Below, piece after piece: positions 12,751-26,420 of a stretch of DNA of 64,000 nucleotides. Below the pieces are notes generated by a model. The model saw nothing but the letters and a program-made list of their open reading frames with translations, was not told where the DNA came from and did no database searches. The stretch spans positions 62,001-126,000 of the forward strand of contig CAJFCJ010000027.1 in assembly GCA_904063045.1 (NCBI GenBank), written 5' to 3'. A program made the translations under genes and the position numbers. Every line of letters begins with the position of its first letter. The stretch's first letter is position 1. This stretch comes from Dimorphilus gyrociliatus. Taxonomy: Eukaryota; Animalia; Annelida.

Positions 12751-15567
12751 ATGGACAAAGATATTTCAGGTGAGTTGTTTGTTATTTTATATTATTAGTA
12801 TTGAATTAATTATATAGGTAACGACTATTGCAACTATTGCATTGTTAATATATTTATCGATAAGATTTATAAATCGATTCAAATAGAAAAGCAAACGATC
12901 GATAATTGTGTTTCTTCTATCTCTCTTCCAATTAAAACTGAAATATAGAAAAGAAGATTCCAAAGTTAATTTGCTCTTTTAGACTTCTCTTGGCAATTAT
13001 CGCCTTTATGGGCTTTGTTAACATTTATTCGCAAAGAACCGGAATTAGCGTTGCTGTAGTTTGTTTTGTCAATCATACTGGCGTTCGTGAAAAATATGAA
13101 AAAGAAATAAATTCATCGAAATCGGAATCGGAATCGGAATGCCACCACTCAACAACTGCCAATGTTTCAAAGCCGGTAAGGAGTATTTTCAATTATAATT
13201 TAACAATTGTTCAATTCCCCTTAAAAGTCCATTGGTAGAATACTAGAGAAAAGAAGAGGGTAATTCGCTTGAAAAGAAGGATCCTATTCCGTACGGCTTA
13301 ACCCGGTTAGGTTGTACCGAATATATCCTTAAAGAAAATAGATATTTTTTACGAGGCTAATGAAAAAAATACCATCCAAACTAGAAAATAGGGAATAGTT
13401 AACTATTAAAATATTCATCTACGTTCTTCTCTCTATCTCTCTATGTTTGCCTTTGTTTGAACGCATCTTCTCTAATTGAATGCTATAACTCTTTATCAAT
13501 GCCAGTTTCCCCGTTCAAAAAATCAACATTCTCAAGGTTATTGTTTTTATTGTAGGAAGGAGAGTACATCTATAGTAAGAGTGAACAAGGCCACATACTC
13601 TCTGGATTCTTCTATGGATATATCATCTCCCAAATACCTGGAGGACGAATGGCTGAAATATTCGGTGGAAAGAGGATCTTTGCTCTTTTTACTGCTATTG
13701 GGACAATTGGCACTCTATTAACACCATTAGGGGTTCATCTAGGTTTCGTTCCCGTTTTAATTAGTAGAATTCTTGTTGGATTTGGATCGGTATGTTGAAA
13801 ATCTCTTTGCTTCGCCTTCCCCAATCATCATTGTCGATCACCATCATTACCAGCGTTACGGTTACACATTCTTTTCCTCGTGCCCTTATCATGCATAGAA
13901 TAGATAATAATCTATTATTTATCTTCTTTTACCGTTATCTCTTGATATCCTCTTTGTTATATCTTCTATAGGGAGCGGTGTTTCCAATAATGCACGCAAT
14001 TTGGGGTCAATGGGCTCCACCGATGGAGAGGTCAAAACTAGTGTCAATTTCCTACGCCGGTCAGTAAACGTTATAGTTGAAGGTTGAATTTCACAAATAG
14101 CCATATAAAATGTAAATTTAGGGGCAATGATGGGCAGTGTCCTCTCCTTGGCAACATCCGGAGCTCTGTGCGAACACGGATTTGCTGGCGGTTGGCCATC
14201 CATCTTTTATATAACAGGTAATCACCTATTGGGTAATGGAACTATTAAATAAACAAGTCAATCGATCAGTTACCAACATATCATAATATATATCCCGATT
14301 TTTAATCTATTAAAGGTATAACATCGGCGCTATGGCTCATTTTATGGATAGTATTCGTTAGCGATAGCCCATCCAATCACAGGTTCATAGGAAAAGAAGA
14401 GCAATCTTACATAATAGATTCGTTAAAAGGTCAGGTATCGGATAAATCTAAAAAGGTTAGGAATAGATAGAATGTCAAATTAACGAAAAATCAAAGTATA
14501 GCTAGGAAAAAAGGATAGAGATAAAATTGAATAAAACATTGAATAATGATTTGTTCTTTGATAGAGCGTCACTCCTTGGACAAAGTTTATTCGATCACCG
14601 GCAGTACTTTCGATTTGTTTCGCAAACTTTACATCCGATTGGGGTTTATATACCTTTCTAACTGTTCTACCAACATTCTTAAACGATGTCCTCAAGTTCG
14701 ATCTGGGATCTGTAAGTTTCTGTTCTTTAAAACACTATTCGTACAATCTCTTTTTCGCATTGTACTCTTCACCTGCCAACAGAACGGCTTGTTTTCGGCT
14801 CTTCCCTGGGTCGGCTTATGGGCAAATATGAATATATCACCTATTATTGCCGACTATTTGATATCGTCCAATAAATTATCGGTTGGGTTAACTAGAAAAT
14901 TAATGACCTCAATAGGTTTGATAAAATACATGATAATCCAAATCTATTACATCAGATAGATTAATTACAATAAGACGTTAAATGAAAACTATAAATTGTT
15001 TGCTAGGAGCGTTCGGAGCTGCCATCTGCCTGATCGGAATACCGTTTACCGATTGTAGCTCTTATAAGATAACGATAGCCTTATTGGTAGCTGGAGTGAC
15101 TCTAAGCGGTTGCCAGTATTCTGGATTTTTAGTTAATCATATGGATATTGCTCCGAAATATGCTGGAACCCTATTCGGCATTTCAAATATGATAGGTGCT
15201 ATAGCGGGAGTATCTCCCAGCGTTGTTGGACTTATAAGAACCAACGTTGCGGTAATTACTCACTTTCTAATAATTGCGTATATTCGTAAAATTCTCCCAT
15301 TCCCTTTCCCTTTTTTCTTTCGTTATACTGTACTTTTCTACTCTCTACCAGAGCGTTAGTTCTCAATGGATGATAGTCTTCTTTCTATCGGCCGCTCTCC
15401 TCAGCTCAGGAGCTATCGTTTTCATTATATTTGGGTCAGGTGACCTCCAACCGTGGGCTAAAGAGGAGGAAGACACGGAAGAGGGTCAGGAAATGATTAA
15501 TGTTCCAGAAAACGGAAGATATCCAGCAGAGGGAGATATTGGTACTTCTCCACAAGCTGCTTCATAG
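12751..15567 (+). CDS. SLC17-family (sialin/VNUT/VGLUT-like) MFS organic anion transporter, 514 aa; join(12751..12769,12949..13175,13556..13789,13972..14059,14122..14217,14316..14455,14565..14711,14783..14915,15007..15251,15352..15567)
   Basis: All 9 introns are GT-AG and phase-consistent (total 1545 nt). Family motifs: [118 protein letters not shown]. The 19-nt first exon is the least certain. Confidence 0.92.
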
Positions 15568-17671
15568 GTGCATTCTCTATCCCTTTCCTTCAGACGTTTG
15601 TAGCAAGAGAGTAACGATGACTTTGCAAAATGAGTTTTTCGTACATCGTCATTGATTATAAAGTACTTTTATAACAGTTTATTTAGCCTATTTGAAAAGA
15701 AATCATAAAATGTACTGTATATATATATTAGTACTAAATGTATATATGCAGTTTATATACAGTCTACAGTATATAATTATATATATATATATATATACTG
15801 TATATACTGTATATGTCGTCTTTTATTGTTCTTTTAACAAGCACAAATAGAAACTGTAGAATAAATGAGTAAAAAAAAATTCACTCTTTTCTTCTAATAT
15901 TCTTCCCTTCTGCTAAGAAAGAGAAGGTCGACGAGTAGAAAATGGTAATGAAAGCAATTATACAGACTTTTTTTTCTCTTCGCTAAAAGCAGATAAAATG
16001 AAATAACGAAGAAAGACGATTATGAGGCGTAAATCCGTGAAATTTTCTCTCTTCCATGCGCATAGTTCGTAACAAACTTTTACAAACTGTTTCTCTTAAT
16101 CACTACGCGTTTAGGATTGTCAAGAGAGAGAGAGAGAGAGGGGGGGGGAGAAAAACGAGAAAAGGAGGATAAAGAAGAAGAAGAAGAAGAAGAAGAAGGG
16201 TGTAACGAAAAGCGGACAGGGTTACGACATAAAGAAGAAAAACGACGGAAAAATTGGATGATTTTAATTGATTATCTTTCTATTGAAGCGCTAAAGCTTT
16301 GCCGACTAAGGTCTTGGTCTATTGGCTAAAACCCCTTATACATTTTTATTAATTTTTTATTAATATGAAAAGAGAATAGCCTAAAAAAGCGGAATGATGC
16401 CGAGCGATTAAAGAAATGAATAGAACGGATAGAAAAGATAGAAAGAGAAAAGCAAAGAGTGCAAAAGTTTTAGAAACCTTTAATGATGTGTCTTTTATTG
16501 GGTTTAATTTAAAATTTTCCCCTAGAAATAAGAAAACCAACACTTTAAACTCGTTCTTTATTTTGAATAAACAACCTTAGAAAGAATACCCTCCTTGTTC
16601 ACTCTCCCATATTCCTATACACTGAACACACAAGTGAGATATAAGAGTAGGGGAAAAGAGCGAAAACAAACAACGACTAAGTGGAATAACGGGAATTGAA
16701 CGAAAATTATATGGAGATGATTCACTTTAATAATCAAATTAACTGTTGGATTATTGCATTGTATATAGAGAGAAGAAATTAAGGAGGTATATAATTTATA
16801 TAAGAGGGAAGAGATGAAAATGAAGATTGAAGGGAAAGAGAAGAAAAGTAAATTTTGTATTGAATCGGTAGAGATGCATTTAATTTAAAGTAATTTACTA
16901 CAAAAACATATTTGAAAGCTTATCGTGTGAGTTTTTTTTTATTTTCTTTTGTTTTTTGGTGTTGGATGTGAACAAATATAGAATAAAGAAAAGTATTTAA
17001 AGGTGGGAAAAACTTATAAAGCTCTCTCTCTCTCTCTCTCTCTCTCTGCTCTCTTCTCTTCTCTTTCCTTTTCTGTCCTTATACGTTCAAAAACTTGTTG
17101 TATGCTTTGTAAACAGAAGGGCCGAGGTGTCTACATTGTGCTGGTTTGTATAGAACCAATATAAAATATAACTCTACCAACGATTCTCTACTTTGCACAG
17201 TATATAGATATATATATTAATATACAATATATAATACATACAGTATATATATATAGCTATTTTTTATGAATATTACTATATTCTATAATAGTGCAGTGTA
17301 TAACTAGAAGTATTAAATCATATCATATATATACAGCATGATTTCCTAGTGATATGTATATATTTAATTGAAATCATTAAACCTACTACTCTTCCTCATC
17401 ATTTTTCTTCTTCTTCTCCTCCTCCTCCTCCTTCTTCTTCCTCGGCTGCTACTACTCCTAATACTGCTAATACGACTACGACAATGACTACCAATTTTTT
17501 CCGCTATTACTACTACTGCTAGTACTAATGCTACCTACTTGTGGGGTTGTCGGTTAAGACTGGTCTTGATATTTATATCTATTTTATATATATGCTTTAT
17601 ATAAATCCTATATAGGCTTAAAATTAATCCGTTTGAGAAGTTTAAAGAATCGCTTCTGTTCTATTAGAATT

Positions 17672-18147
17672 ATGAAATCGAATGCTAATTATAAGGATAG
17701 AGGCTACGCTTGGATTATCGCCCTGAGTAAGTTTCCCTCTGGAGTTTGTTCTATTGGACTGACAATGAACTAAAGGTTCTTTTTACGAATTTCAGATGCC
17801 GTCTGTATTACCTTTCTTTCATTGGGTTCCGCTAGATCGTTTGGAGTAATCATAAGAGAGATAATCTATACGTATGGAGAACTTGGAGTTGGTGCATCTT
17901 GGATTATGGCTGTAAATGGTTTCTTTGCCATGGCTAGTGGAATTATTTCGAGCTGTTTGAGTTCGAAATTTGGTAATAGGCCAATTATCATGGTGGCGGG
18001 GATTTTAAGTAGCTCGGGCTATTTATTGAGCGCTTACCTTGCGATATATAATGTTAAATTGCTGTTCATTACGTATGGATTTTTAACCGGTGGGTATGGA
18101 TGTAAACATGTTCAGTATATCTATTAGTATACATACATATCTATCTA

Positions 18148-18187
<40 letters not shown>

Positions 18188-19515
18188 CGATTACATACAT
18201 ACATACATACATACATACTTACTAATAACATAATACCGCTAAAAGAGCGCGTACAGCTGCCGATTACGCAACGCGATCCAACCGAATCCATCTGACCACT
18301 TTTCGTTTATTTATAGGTTTGGGCTTTGGTATGAGCTATACTATGACTATAATCACCCTAAACTCCTACTTTACCAAGTATAAGAGTTTGGCTAACGGAT
18401 TAGCGGTTGCCGGTACAGGATGCGGCAGCCTTATTTTTCCTTTATTATATGACAAATTACTGGCCAACTTTGGCCTCTATACGACACTTATCTGTATAGC
18501 ATCAATAAGCCTTCAGATTACCGTCTTTGGGGCTTTTCTCCGTCCCTTTTCCTACTTTAGTGGGTCAGGGTTAAAAATGAAAAAGACAACCACCCAAACT
18601 GACCATCAACAGGACGAAAGCGATAGCGAAGTTTCGGTTACTCTTTTTAGAATAGTTTCCAAGAGCGAATCCGAAAACGTTGTAGACGTCGACAAGAATT
18701 GCAAAGGCGACGGCAACAACGACGGCCAAGAGGCGGTACTGGGGGAGAGAGGAAAGTCGAAAAGTTTGAATTGCTTGTCGAAGAATAATAGGGGAATGGA
18801 AAATTTCATTTTAGATGGAATTGGCGTTAAGAAAGTTGTCTCTCAGAGCGCGTCCATCCGTAGAAAAATGAGTTCGGTAGAGGCAATTTCCTACGCCTAT
18901 AAGGCAGACGAAGAAGGAGAAAAAGAGCCCGGAGGTGGAAAGAATTCTTCCACTGCCGGCAAACAGTTGTTTGATGGGAAATTATTGAAAAATTTTAATT
19001 TTCTCATTCTACTCTTGGCAATGTCAATGTCGAATGCGGGAAACGCCGCATATTACGTCCTTTTACCCTCTCACGCAAAGGATTTAAGATTTAGCGAATT
19101 TCAAGGCGCTTTACTAGTTTCAGTCGCCTCTTTAGCTGATCTTTTGGGCCGTTTGATATTTGGATTTCTAGGAGATTTTCATTGGTTTAAACTACATACA
19201 GTATTTTTTACATCAATTCTATGCGGAGGTTTAATATCTTGTTTTCTAATGCCATTTTTAACGAATTTATGGTCAATTCTGAGTTCAACTGCTCTTTACG
19301 CCTTCTTCTCCGGTTGTTTTTTGGCTTTTATACCTGTAATTTTGATAGAAGAACTGACTTTACCTAAATTTCCTACCGCCTTTCCAATGGTCTTATTCGG
19401 TCAAGGAGTTATGTTGTTGTTGTATTTTCCATTTATAGGTAATTGGATTCATTCTTTTCTTGACTTTTTTTCCTTTTTAATAAGGCCTATAGAATATATT
19501 CTTTTTTTTCCCTCG

Positions 19516-19546
<31 letters not shown>

Positions 19547-19699
19547 ATCACGCTCGCAGGTTTTCTACGCGATTTCACTGGAAAATGGGTGGCCTCGTTC
19601 GTATCGTCGGGTATCTTACAAATCTTATCTTCAGCCCTGATTGGCGGTTGGGCGATGAAGAAGAGGACTAAAAATTCTCAAAGGCAAACAAACGACTAA
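17672..19699 (+). CDS. SLC16/MCT-family monocarboxylate transporter-like protein, 536 aa; join(17672..17726,17796..18089,18317..19438,19560..19699)
   Basis: N-terminal DRGYAWII motif (MCT D.G.GW), YFTKYKSLANGLAVAGTGCG, large TM6-7 loop, TM8 DLLGR, and C-terminal GFLRDFTGKW. Introns GT-AG and in phase (1611 nt). Confidence 0.92.
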
Positions 19700-20784
19700 G
19701 ATTGTTAATAAAGATAGTAAAAGTATAGGATGAAAAACCTATTCATTTGTATATAGAATATTTGTTTGTTTGTAATTGTTTTCGGAGGTTGACCCGCTTC
19801 GTTTTCGCCATTCGTCGTTAGAGACTTGAATTAAACTTTCCTTGTATTCTATTTTCCTTTAACTGATTTATATATCGTTTATAATCTTAGATGGATAGAT
19901 GGATCGATAGATAGATAGATAGCAAAGTAAGTAATAGTAAGAATATATGAATATATGAATATATACAGTATATATTGTATACGAAAATATATACAATAGG
20001 CTTTAAACAGTAAAATCGATAGAAATTCACATTTAAAAATAGTTTCATATTAATGATATTAATAACAAAAGTAATTATAAATTATATAATAATAGTAATA
20101 AAAGAGAAAAGAAAAACATAAGACAATACCGTAGAAACTGTACTTTTTCAAATAGAAAACAAGCTCATTTTCATCATTATTAATAATAGACAGTAGACGG
20201 GCATTTTTGTTTTTATAAAGAAAAAAAAAGCCAACTATAGCACCACGACTGCAAAAAAAAATAATAAAAAGAAGAAAATTAATCCTATTCACTAAAACAT
20301 GTACAGGACATGTATTTGTATATACTCTATATAGTATATGTTGAAATGTTTATTCATACAAGTATAAGTTTACTAGTAAAATAAGAGTTTAATGATTTAA
20401 AAGTGAATAATAAAAGAATTAAATGAATCAAGATTTCCTTCTTTTTCCTTCTTTTATTTTAACAAAAGAAAGCAGGAGAAGGATAAAACTTTCTCTATAC
20501 TTTTCCCCATCCCTCTCTCTCTCTCTCATTCACTCATTTTTACATAGGATTTTTATTTGTTTTTCTTCATTATTACTGAAATGACTGCATTTCGAACATC
20601 ACATTATGCTTTATTTTTTCCTTTATCCTTTTTTTTAACATTAAAAACATTTGACGAAAGAAAGAGAAAGAGAAAAACAAAAAAAAAATTACAATTGCTT
20701 ATTAAATGATTGATTTTCTTCTTTTTCTTTCTCTTTTTTCTCTTCTTCCATTTCTTCTTCTTCTTCTTCTTCTTCTGCTTATTC

Positions 20785-23700
20785 TTATCTAACAACTATA
20801 AACAACACAATTGTCAATAATAAAACGTTCACTTGATATTGCAGTTTACTCGAGCTACTACCGAATGCTCGGTTAGATTGTACTATTACAGAATTTTCAC
20901 TTCTTGCAATTGTTTCATTTATTGTAGAGTTTGGTCGATGTTTTTGATGACTTCTATTATTATTCTTATTCTTTTTTCGCTTTCTATTTTTTCTTTTATT
21001 TAGATAGAAATCTAATGGGAAAAAAAAGAGAAAAAAATAAGTTAATCTCATCTATCATCTTCCTCTTCATTTTTCCCTGTTACTGCTATTTTATTGCGAT
21101 TGCTACTACTGTTACTTACCCGATGATCCAAAGCCCAAATTTGGAGTTTTCTGCTGCCGAACTACTGGCCTACTAAACACCAATCGACCGTCTAGTTTAA
21201 ATATTGATTCGACAGATACTCTGTAGTTTGTCTTTTGTCTAACGCTATTCTCTATTGTAACAGTATTTAGCCCATTCTTCTAAAAAATGGTAGAAAGTGG
21301 AAAAAACGATATTAGACAACGTAAGTAGGACTACTAGTAGTAGATCGGCTTCCGTGAGTAGTACTTACCGCTTTAACAACTCGATATTCGGCCGAACTCT
21401 TCTCCTCTTCGTCATTTTTTGATACGGGATTCCAACTAACCCTATATTTATACGGATTAAGGTTTTTGTTGGACGGAGGTTTCCATTGAATTTTTAATAT
21501 AATCGTCTTTTGTTTTCTATTCCTCAACTTGACAACGTTAGATATACGCAAGTCCTCCGGGACGGCTTTCTCAGTCTTGGACGAATTGTCTGTTGATCGA
21601 TTGTCATATTAGAAAAATTAAGACTAGACCCTAAAACTCATCCAGAATACATAGATAAATTCAGAGTTTCATAGTGTAAACGCTCTAAAATTAAACTTAC
21701 TGTCGGAACAGGCGTCTGGCGAATCTTTTAGGAGATAGACCATTTTCACATCCATGCATGATCCCGTACTAAATTCGTAATTGGCCGGAAGAGAATAAAA
21801 AGTAGATTTTTTAGACTTTGTTTCGTAAGAAACTTCAACGTTGATATTGCATTGAAAAGGTAAATTTTTGAACACGTGATAATTTTTCTATAAGAATAAA
21901 TGAGAAAAGATAAGAAACTTGTACAATTGGAAAGAAAACAGACAGCGAGGGAGAGAGAGAGAAAGGAATAGGAAAGAGAATGTATCTTTCTATCTTTTTT
22001 CTCGTTTCTTTCATGTGCGCTTCTCTCTCTCTCTCTCTCTCTCGCTCTGTTTTCGTTCAATAGAATATCATCTTACTTTTCTTAGAACGTGGCCAGAGAT
22101 TTTTGTGGTTGCAGTTTTCAAACATCCTTTAAAAGTCCATTTTACTTTGTAGGCTTTCAACTTGCGCCTAGTTTTTGGCGCTTCCCAAGTTATATTAAAT
22201 ATTAAACCATCCTTCTTATCGTATAAAGGTCGACTATGGGTTAAGCCGGTAACTTTTGGCAGATTGTTTCTTCTATCTGTAAACAAGAAAACTATTAGAT
22301 AATCAGTATTTATTCACCTTTTTACCCAAATATTTTAAATTGTATAGTTCACCTTTATGCCGAAATGAACCCAATGAAGTTTGGGGAAGATCAACGACAA
22401 TGGTATTAGGTTTAGATTCCAATGAACTGTGACCATATTTTGCGATGGCAGACACCTAAAGGAAGATGAGAAAAAAGAGTAAGATGCATTGCGAGTAACA
22501 GATATATGCACTAGACGGATATATTGAGTAACGGTTAAGATGAAGGCTAAGACTGATAAATAAGGCATTAAAAAGGAAAAAGAGAGGAAAGAGATGGGAT
22601 GAGAGCGGGCGAGGGGGGAGTACTTGTTAATAGGGGAAATGACGATTTGTAGATAGAGAATTCATTAGTTTGTCACCGTCTATGAATAGTTATTTACCGA
22701 TATTTCAAAAGAGCCTGCTGATAAATTTTTCAATGTATACTTTTGCTCTTTATCCTCGTTGTGGCTAACTCTTGCTTCGTGCCGTCTCTTTCTCCTCCTT
22801 CTTTCGGAGGTAGGCGATTTCAAGCCGGCGTCGTCCATCATCCAATCTCTCTGTCTATTCTTTCGACGTTTCTTCATCTTTTGATATTTGATTTTATAGC
22901 TGTCAATTGGTAGATCACTATCAATCGGCTCTTTCCATTTCAGAACGATTGTATTCTTTCCATCCTCGGTGAGCTTTCCAACCATTTCTAAATCTTTGAC
23001 GCTTCCCGGAGAGGATGGTTCCCTGATTAGTCGAACGGCTTGGCCTTCTTTTGCATAACTGGCCTCGCTAGCACCATCTTCGCTAACAGCTTTAACGTAG
23101 AATTTATAGAAACGGCCCGGCTTGGCCGGAAAGGATATTTGCTGCGAATGGGTTATACTCGACGGAGCAGTCATCCAATCGGAGTAGTCATCTTTATGAA
23201 TAGGCTTATGGAGAGGAGATATAACATATCTAGAGAAAACAACGTAAGAAAGAGGCTTAGAAGTTGGACTAATAGATTTTTTCCATTTAATATATATATT
23301 ATCATTGGCAACTTCCATCTCGACACGTCTAGGAGGACTCGGACCTAAGAAATATAAAAGACCAATAAGAGTAGTTAAGCATCTATTTAATAAAAAAATA
23401 GAGAATTTACCTTTTTTATAAAAAAATTGAAACCAATTGGATTCACGAAAGCTTGATAATTTTCTGCATGATACTTTGCAAGATTCTTTTTTCTTTATCT
23501 CTCTAATTGTCTACGGAGAACAAATAATAAAAACTTGCTTTTAATCGACTGTTCATTAACGATAGACCTTTATACTGAATACTGAAACAGATAGATACTT
23601 ACAACGCACAGCTCTTCACACGTTTTTAGATTAACAAAAGGCGGACTGCAAGGTTGCAGGCACTGAAACACAAAAATAAACAAGGTAGTTTATACGTTTT

Positions 23701-26384
23701 GTTTCTATTAATAGTTTTAATAATTAATAATTAATAATCTAATTGCATCTGTATCTCTTCAGGTCTTTTCGCCAAAGCGTTTATTAAATACCCTAATTAA
23801 CTAGTAATAACAAGAATTGACAGTTTCGCCTCTCTGTAACTCTTTCTTTCATTCTAGACAATTAAACGCAGTAGTTCATTTCTAAATAATGCTGATATAG
23901 ATGGCACTAGTCGTCTTTTTCGCTAACGAACAACATTATTGACGCTTCTGTATTATTATTGTAATTTTCCAGTCTTTAGACGCTTGAACGGCTTACATAG
24001 GCGTTAGAGCGGGAGAAAAGGCGGATTTAAAAGACAATAGACCGATTAAATAGCAAATAGGGGAAGCAGAAAAGAATATGGGCATGTCGAAGAGTGGGCG
24101 GGATTGGGGGTGGAGAAAAGTTAATCACGTTATATCATATAATCACCCTATACATATTTAAAATTTTTTTTATTTACAAGATATATGGGAATAGAGAAAA
24201 ATAGATTGGCAGAGACAGGTGAATGGATAGATAGATGGATGGATGGATGGATGGATGGATGGATGGACGGATAGGTTGGTGGGTGGATGGATGGATGAAT
24301 GAAATGTTTAAAGACGAAATGAGATAAAGAAAGAATGATTAGAAAAAATGAGAGAATATGTGAGAAAGAGAAGGGAGAGTCGTTCTGAATATAAATTAAA
24401 GGATATGGAAGGGGGAAGGGGCGCGAGGGGGAACGATGAGGCTGAGGAGAGATAAAAAGGAACCTAATCGAAAAGAGATTAATTGAGAAATTGGAAAATA
24501 TGAAAGGGTTAAAAAAAGTGCCAATATTAATGCTAATACTGAAAAGAAGAAGAAGAAGAAGAGCTAGAGGAAGGAGAAGGGTAAAGGAAGATAAGAAAAT
24601 AGTCGATTGATGTAGAGGCAGTTGGACAGAGTGGGCGAGTGAAAATTATGACTATATACTCTAGCTTTTAGGGTAGCTAACAAGATTTGTCACATGTTGT
24701 CTAGCAGGCATTTGCGGGCTGAAAATTCAATAATTCCGTCCCCATGCTGAAATATGCTTAGTGCACGCGTGTTTTTGTGTATGCATCGTTTCCCTTGACA
24801 TTATTAGCCGAGTCCATTGGCGACTTTCGATTCTTGGTAATAGGAGAAAGTATTAACATTTCATAGCAAAGATAGATGGAAAACGACGGCGAAGGGTGGC
24901 AAAGGAAACGAGAATGTAATAAAGTGTTGGAAAGAAAAGTATAAAATGAGATAAATATACAATAGGAGGACAATACTAGTGACAACGATAAGCACTGCAA
25001 TAATGATGGTAATGACAATCATAATGATGGGATTACGATAAATTGCCGTTTAATTGATTTATGAGAAATTAGTAATATATTATGTAGAGGAGTTGTTAGA
25101 TTGTTCCTTTTGAAACAACGACAAAGCCCTTAATTACACATTCGGTGAATTTTGTGAGATTAGACATAGTCATAGATTCTGCACTCGATTCTACCACGCC
25201 CATAAAGCCTTTACAACTAGTCAGAGCCTTATTAATAACCTTTACGAGAAAAGCGTCTAACGACAAGGAAAGAAATTGTCGCCAAAAATCTATCGCATTC
25301 ACTACTGCAATTTTTTCCAGTTTTGCCCAAGGGCAACTTACACAATCGAAAATCAGATGGATTTTTGCACGCACCCTCAAATTCAATTTCTCCTACGAGT
25401 ACTTTTTCAATATAGTCAGTCTATTCAACTATAGAATAAAAGACAATAGAGAAGATAAACCATTTTTCCAGCTACGATCGTCATCACCGTCTCCTATTTT
25501 ATATACAGCAGTAGCGGCAGTGGCATACGTGCCATGTATTGCCATGTACCTGACGCCTTTGTAGATATTTTCAATGGTTTTTATAAGAGTCTAATTTCTA
25601 AACGATTTTTCGCATATCCGTCTTCGGTTATGATAAATTGAGTGAAAGGTCGGAAAATGTTTGGAAACTAAACCTTTCATATCGGGGTAGTCTGGCAGCG
25701 TTCGCTAGAAAAAGAACGGCTTTGGCGCTAAGCTGAAAACATGTGTATAATACGGTTTGCAGAGTCCGGCTCGTCTTTTTTCAGCCTTACCAAATGTTTA
25801 ATTTACTGTATAATGAGTACTTTTCTCCTTCATTCATTCATTCATTCATTCGTATATCCATCCATTCATTTTATTCTATCTATTAGCATAAACAGTTTAC
25901 GCTAGATAAACGCTTTACAGGTTGGATTATATCCGGCTAGGCCTACTCGATAAAAGCCTAAGCCTGTTTCGAGCACCTTGTCAAGAGAAACGTCATATTA
26001 TGTACGGTAAGCGCACTGGATAACTTTTTTTTTTTTTTTGCACTCGGAGCCGTTTTAAGGAAGAGGCGGATACGTGCAAAAGTCTACTCTGTACAGATGA
26101 AGAATGTACATAAATATAAGAATGAGAAGAGAAAAAGTTCTCTTCATTTGCTAGAGTTATCGTTTTCATAATTGTAGGGCAAAAAATGACGTTAGCAGAA
26201 GGTTAAACCTTTTCTTCAAAGTTCAAGCAGGTGCAAATAGAAATAATAGTAATAACGCCAATAACAATAATATTAATCTTTTACGGAAGAAGAGAGTTGG
26301 ATAGTTGGAAGGAAGGAAGGAGAGAAGGATGGATCGATGGTTGGATGGATGACGGTTGGATAAAATGAAATGAGTAACGATAAA

Positions 26385-26420
<36 letters not shown>

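Noticed and set aside
19439-19671. ORF-track C-terminus of the MCT (NWIHSFL...SLSLSL)
   Set aside because: Read-through into a (CT)n intron; splicing to 19560 restores the MCT GFLRD..G motif.
23040-23348. 102-aa plus-strand ORF
   Set aside because: Antisense to the large anosmin FnIII exon.
25096-25564. Overlapping 139-aa (+) and 96-aa (-) ORFs in anosmin intron 2
   Set aside because: Non-ATG starts, no family motif, no convincing splice context; a database search would be needed to revive them.
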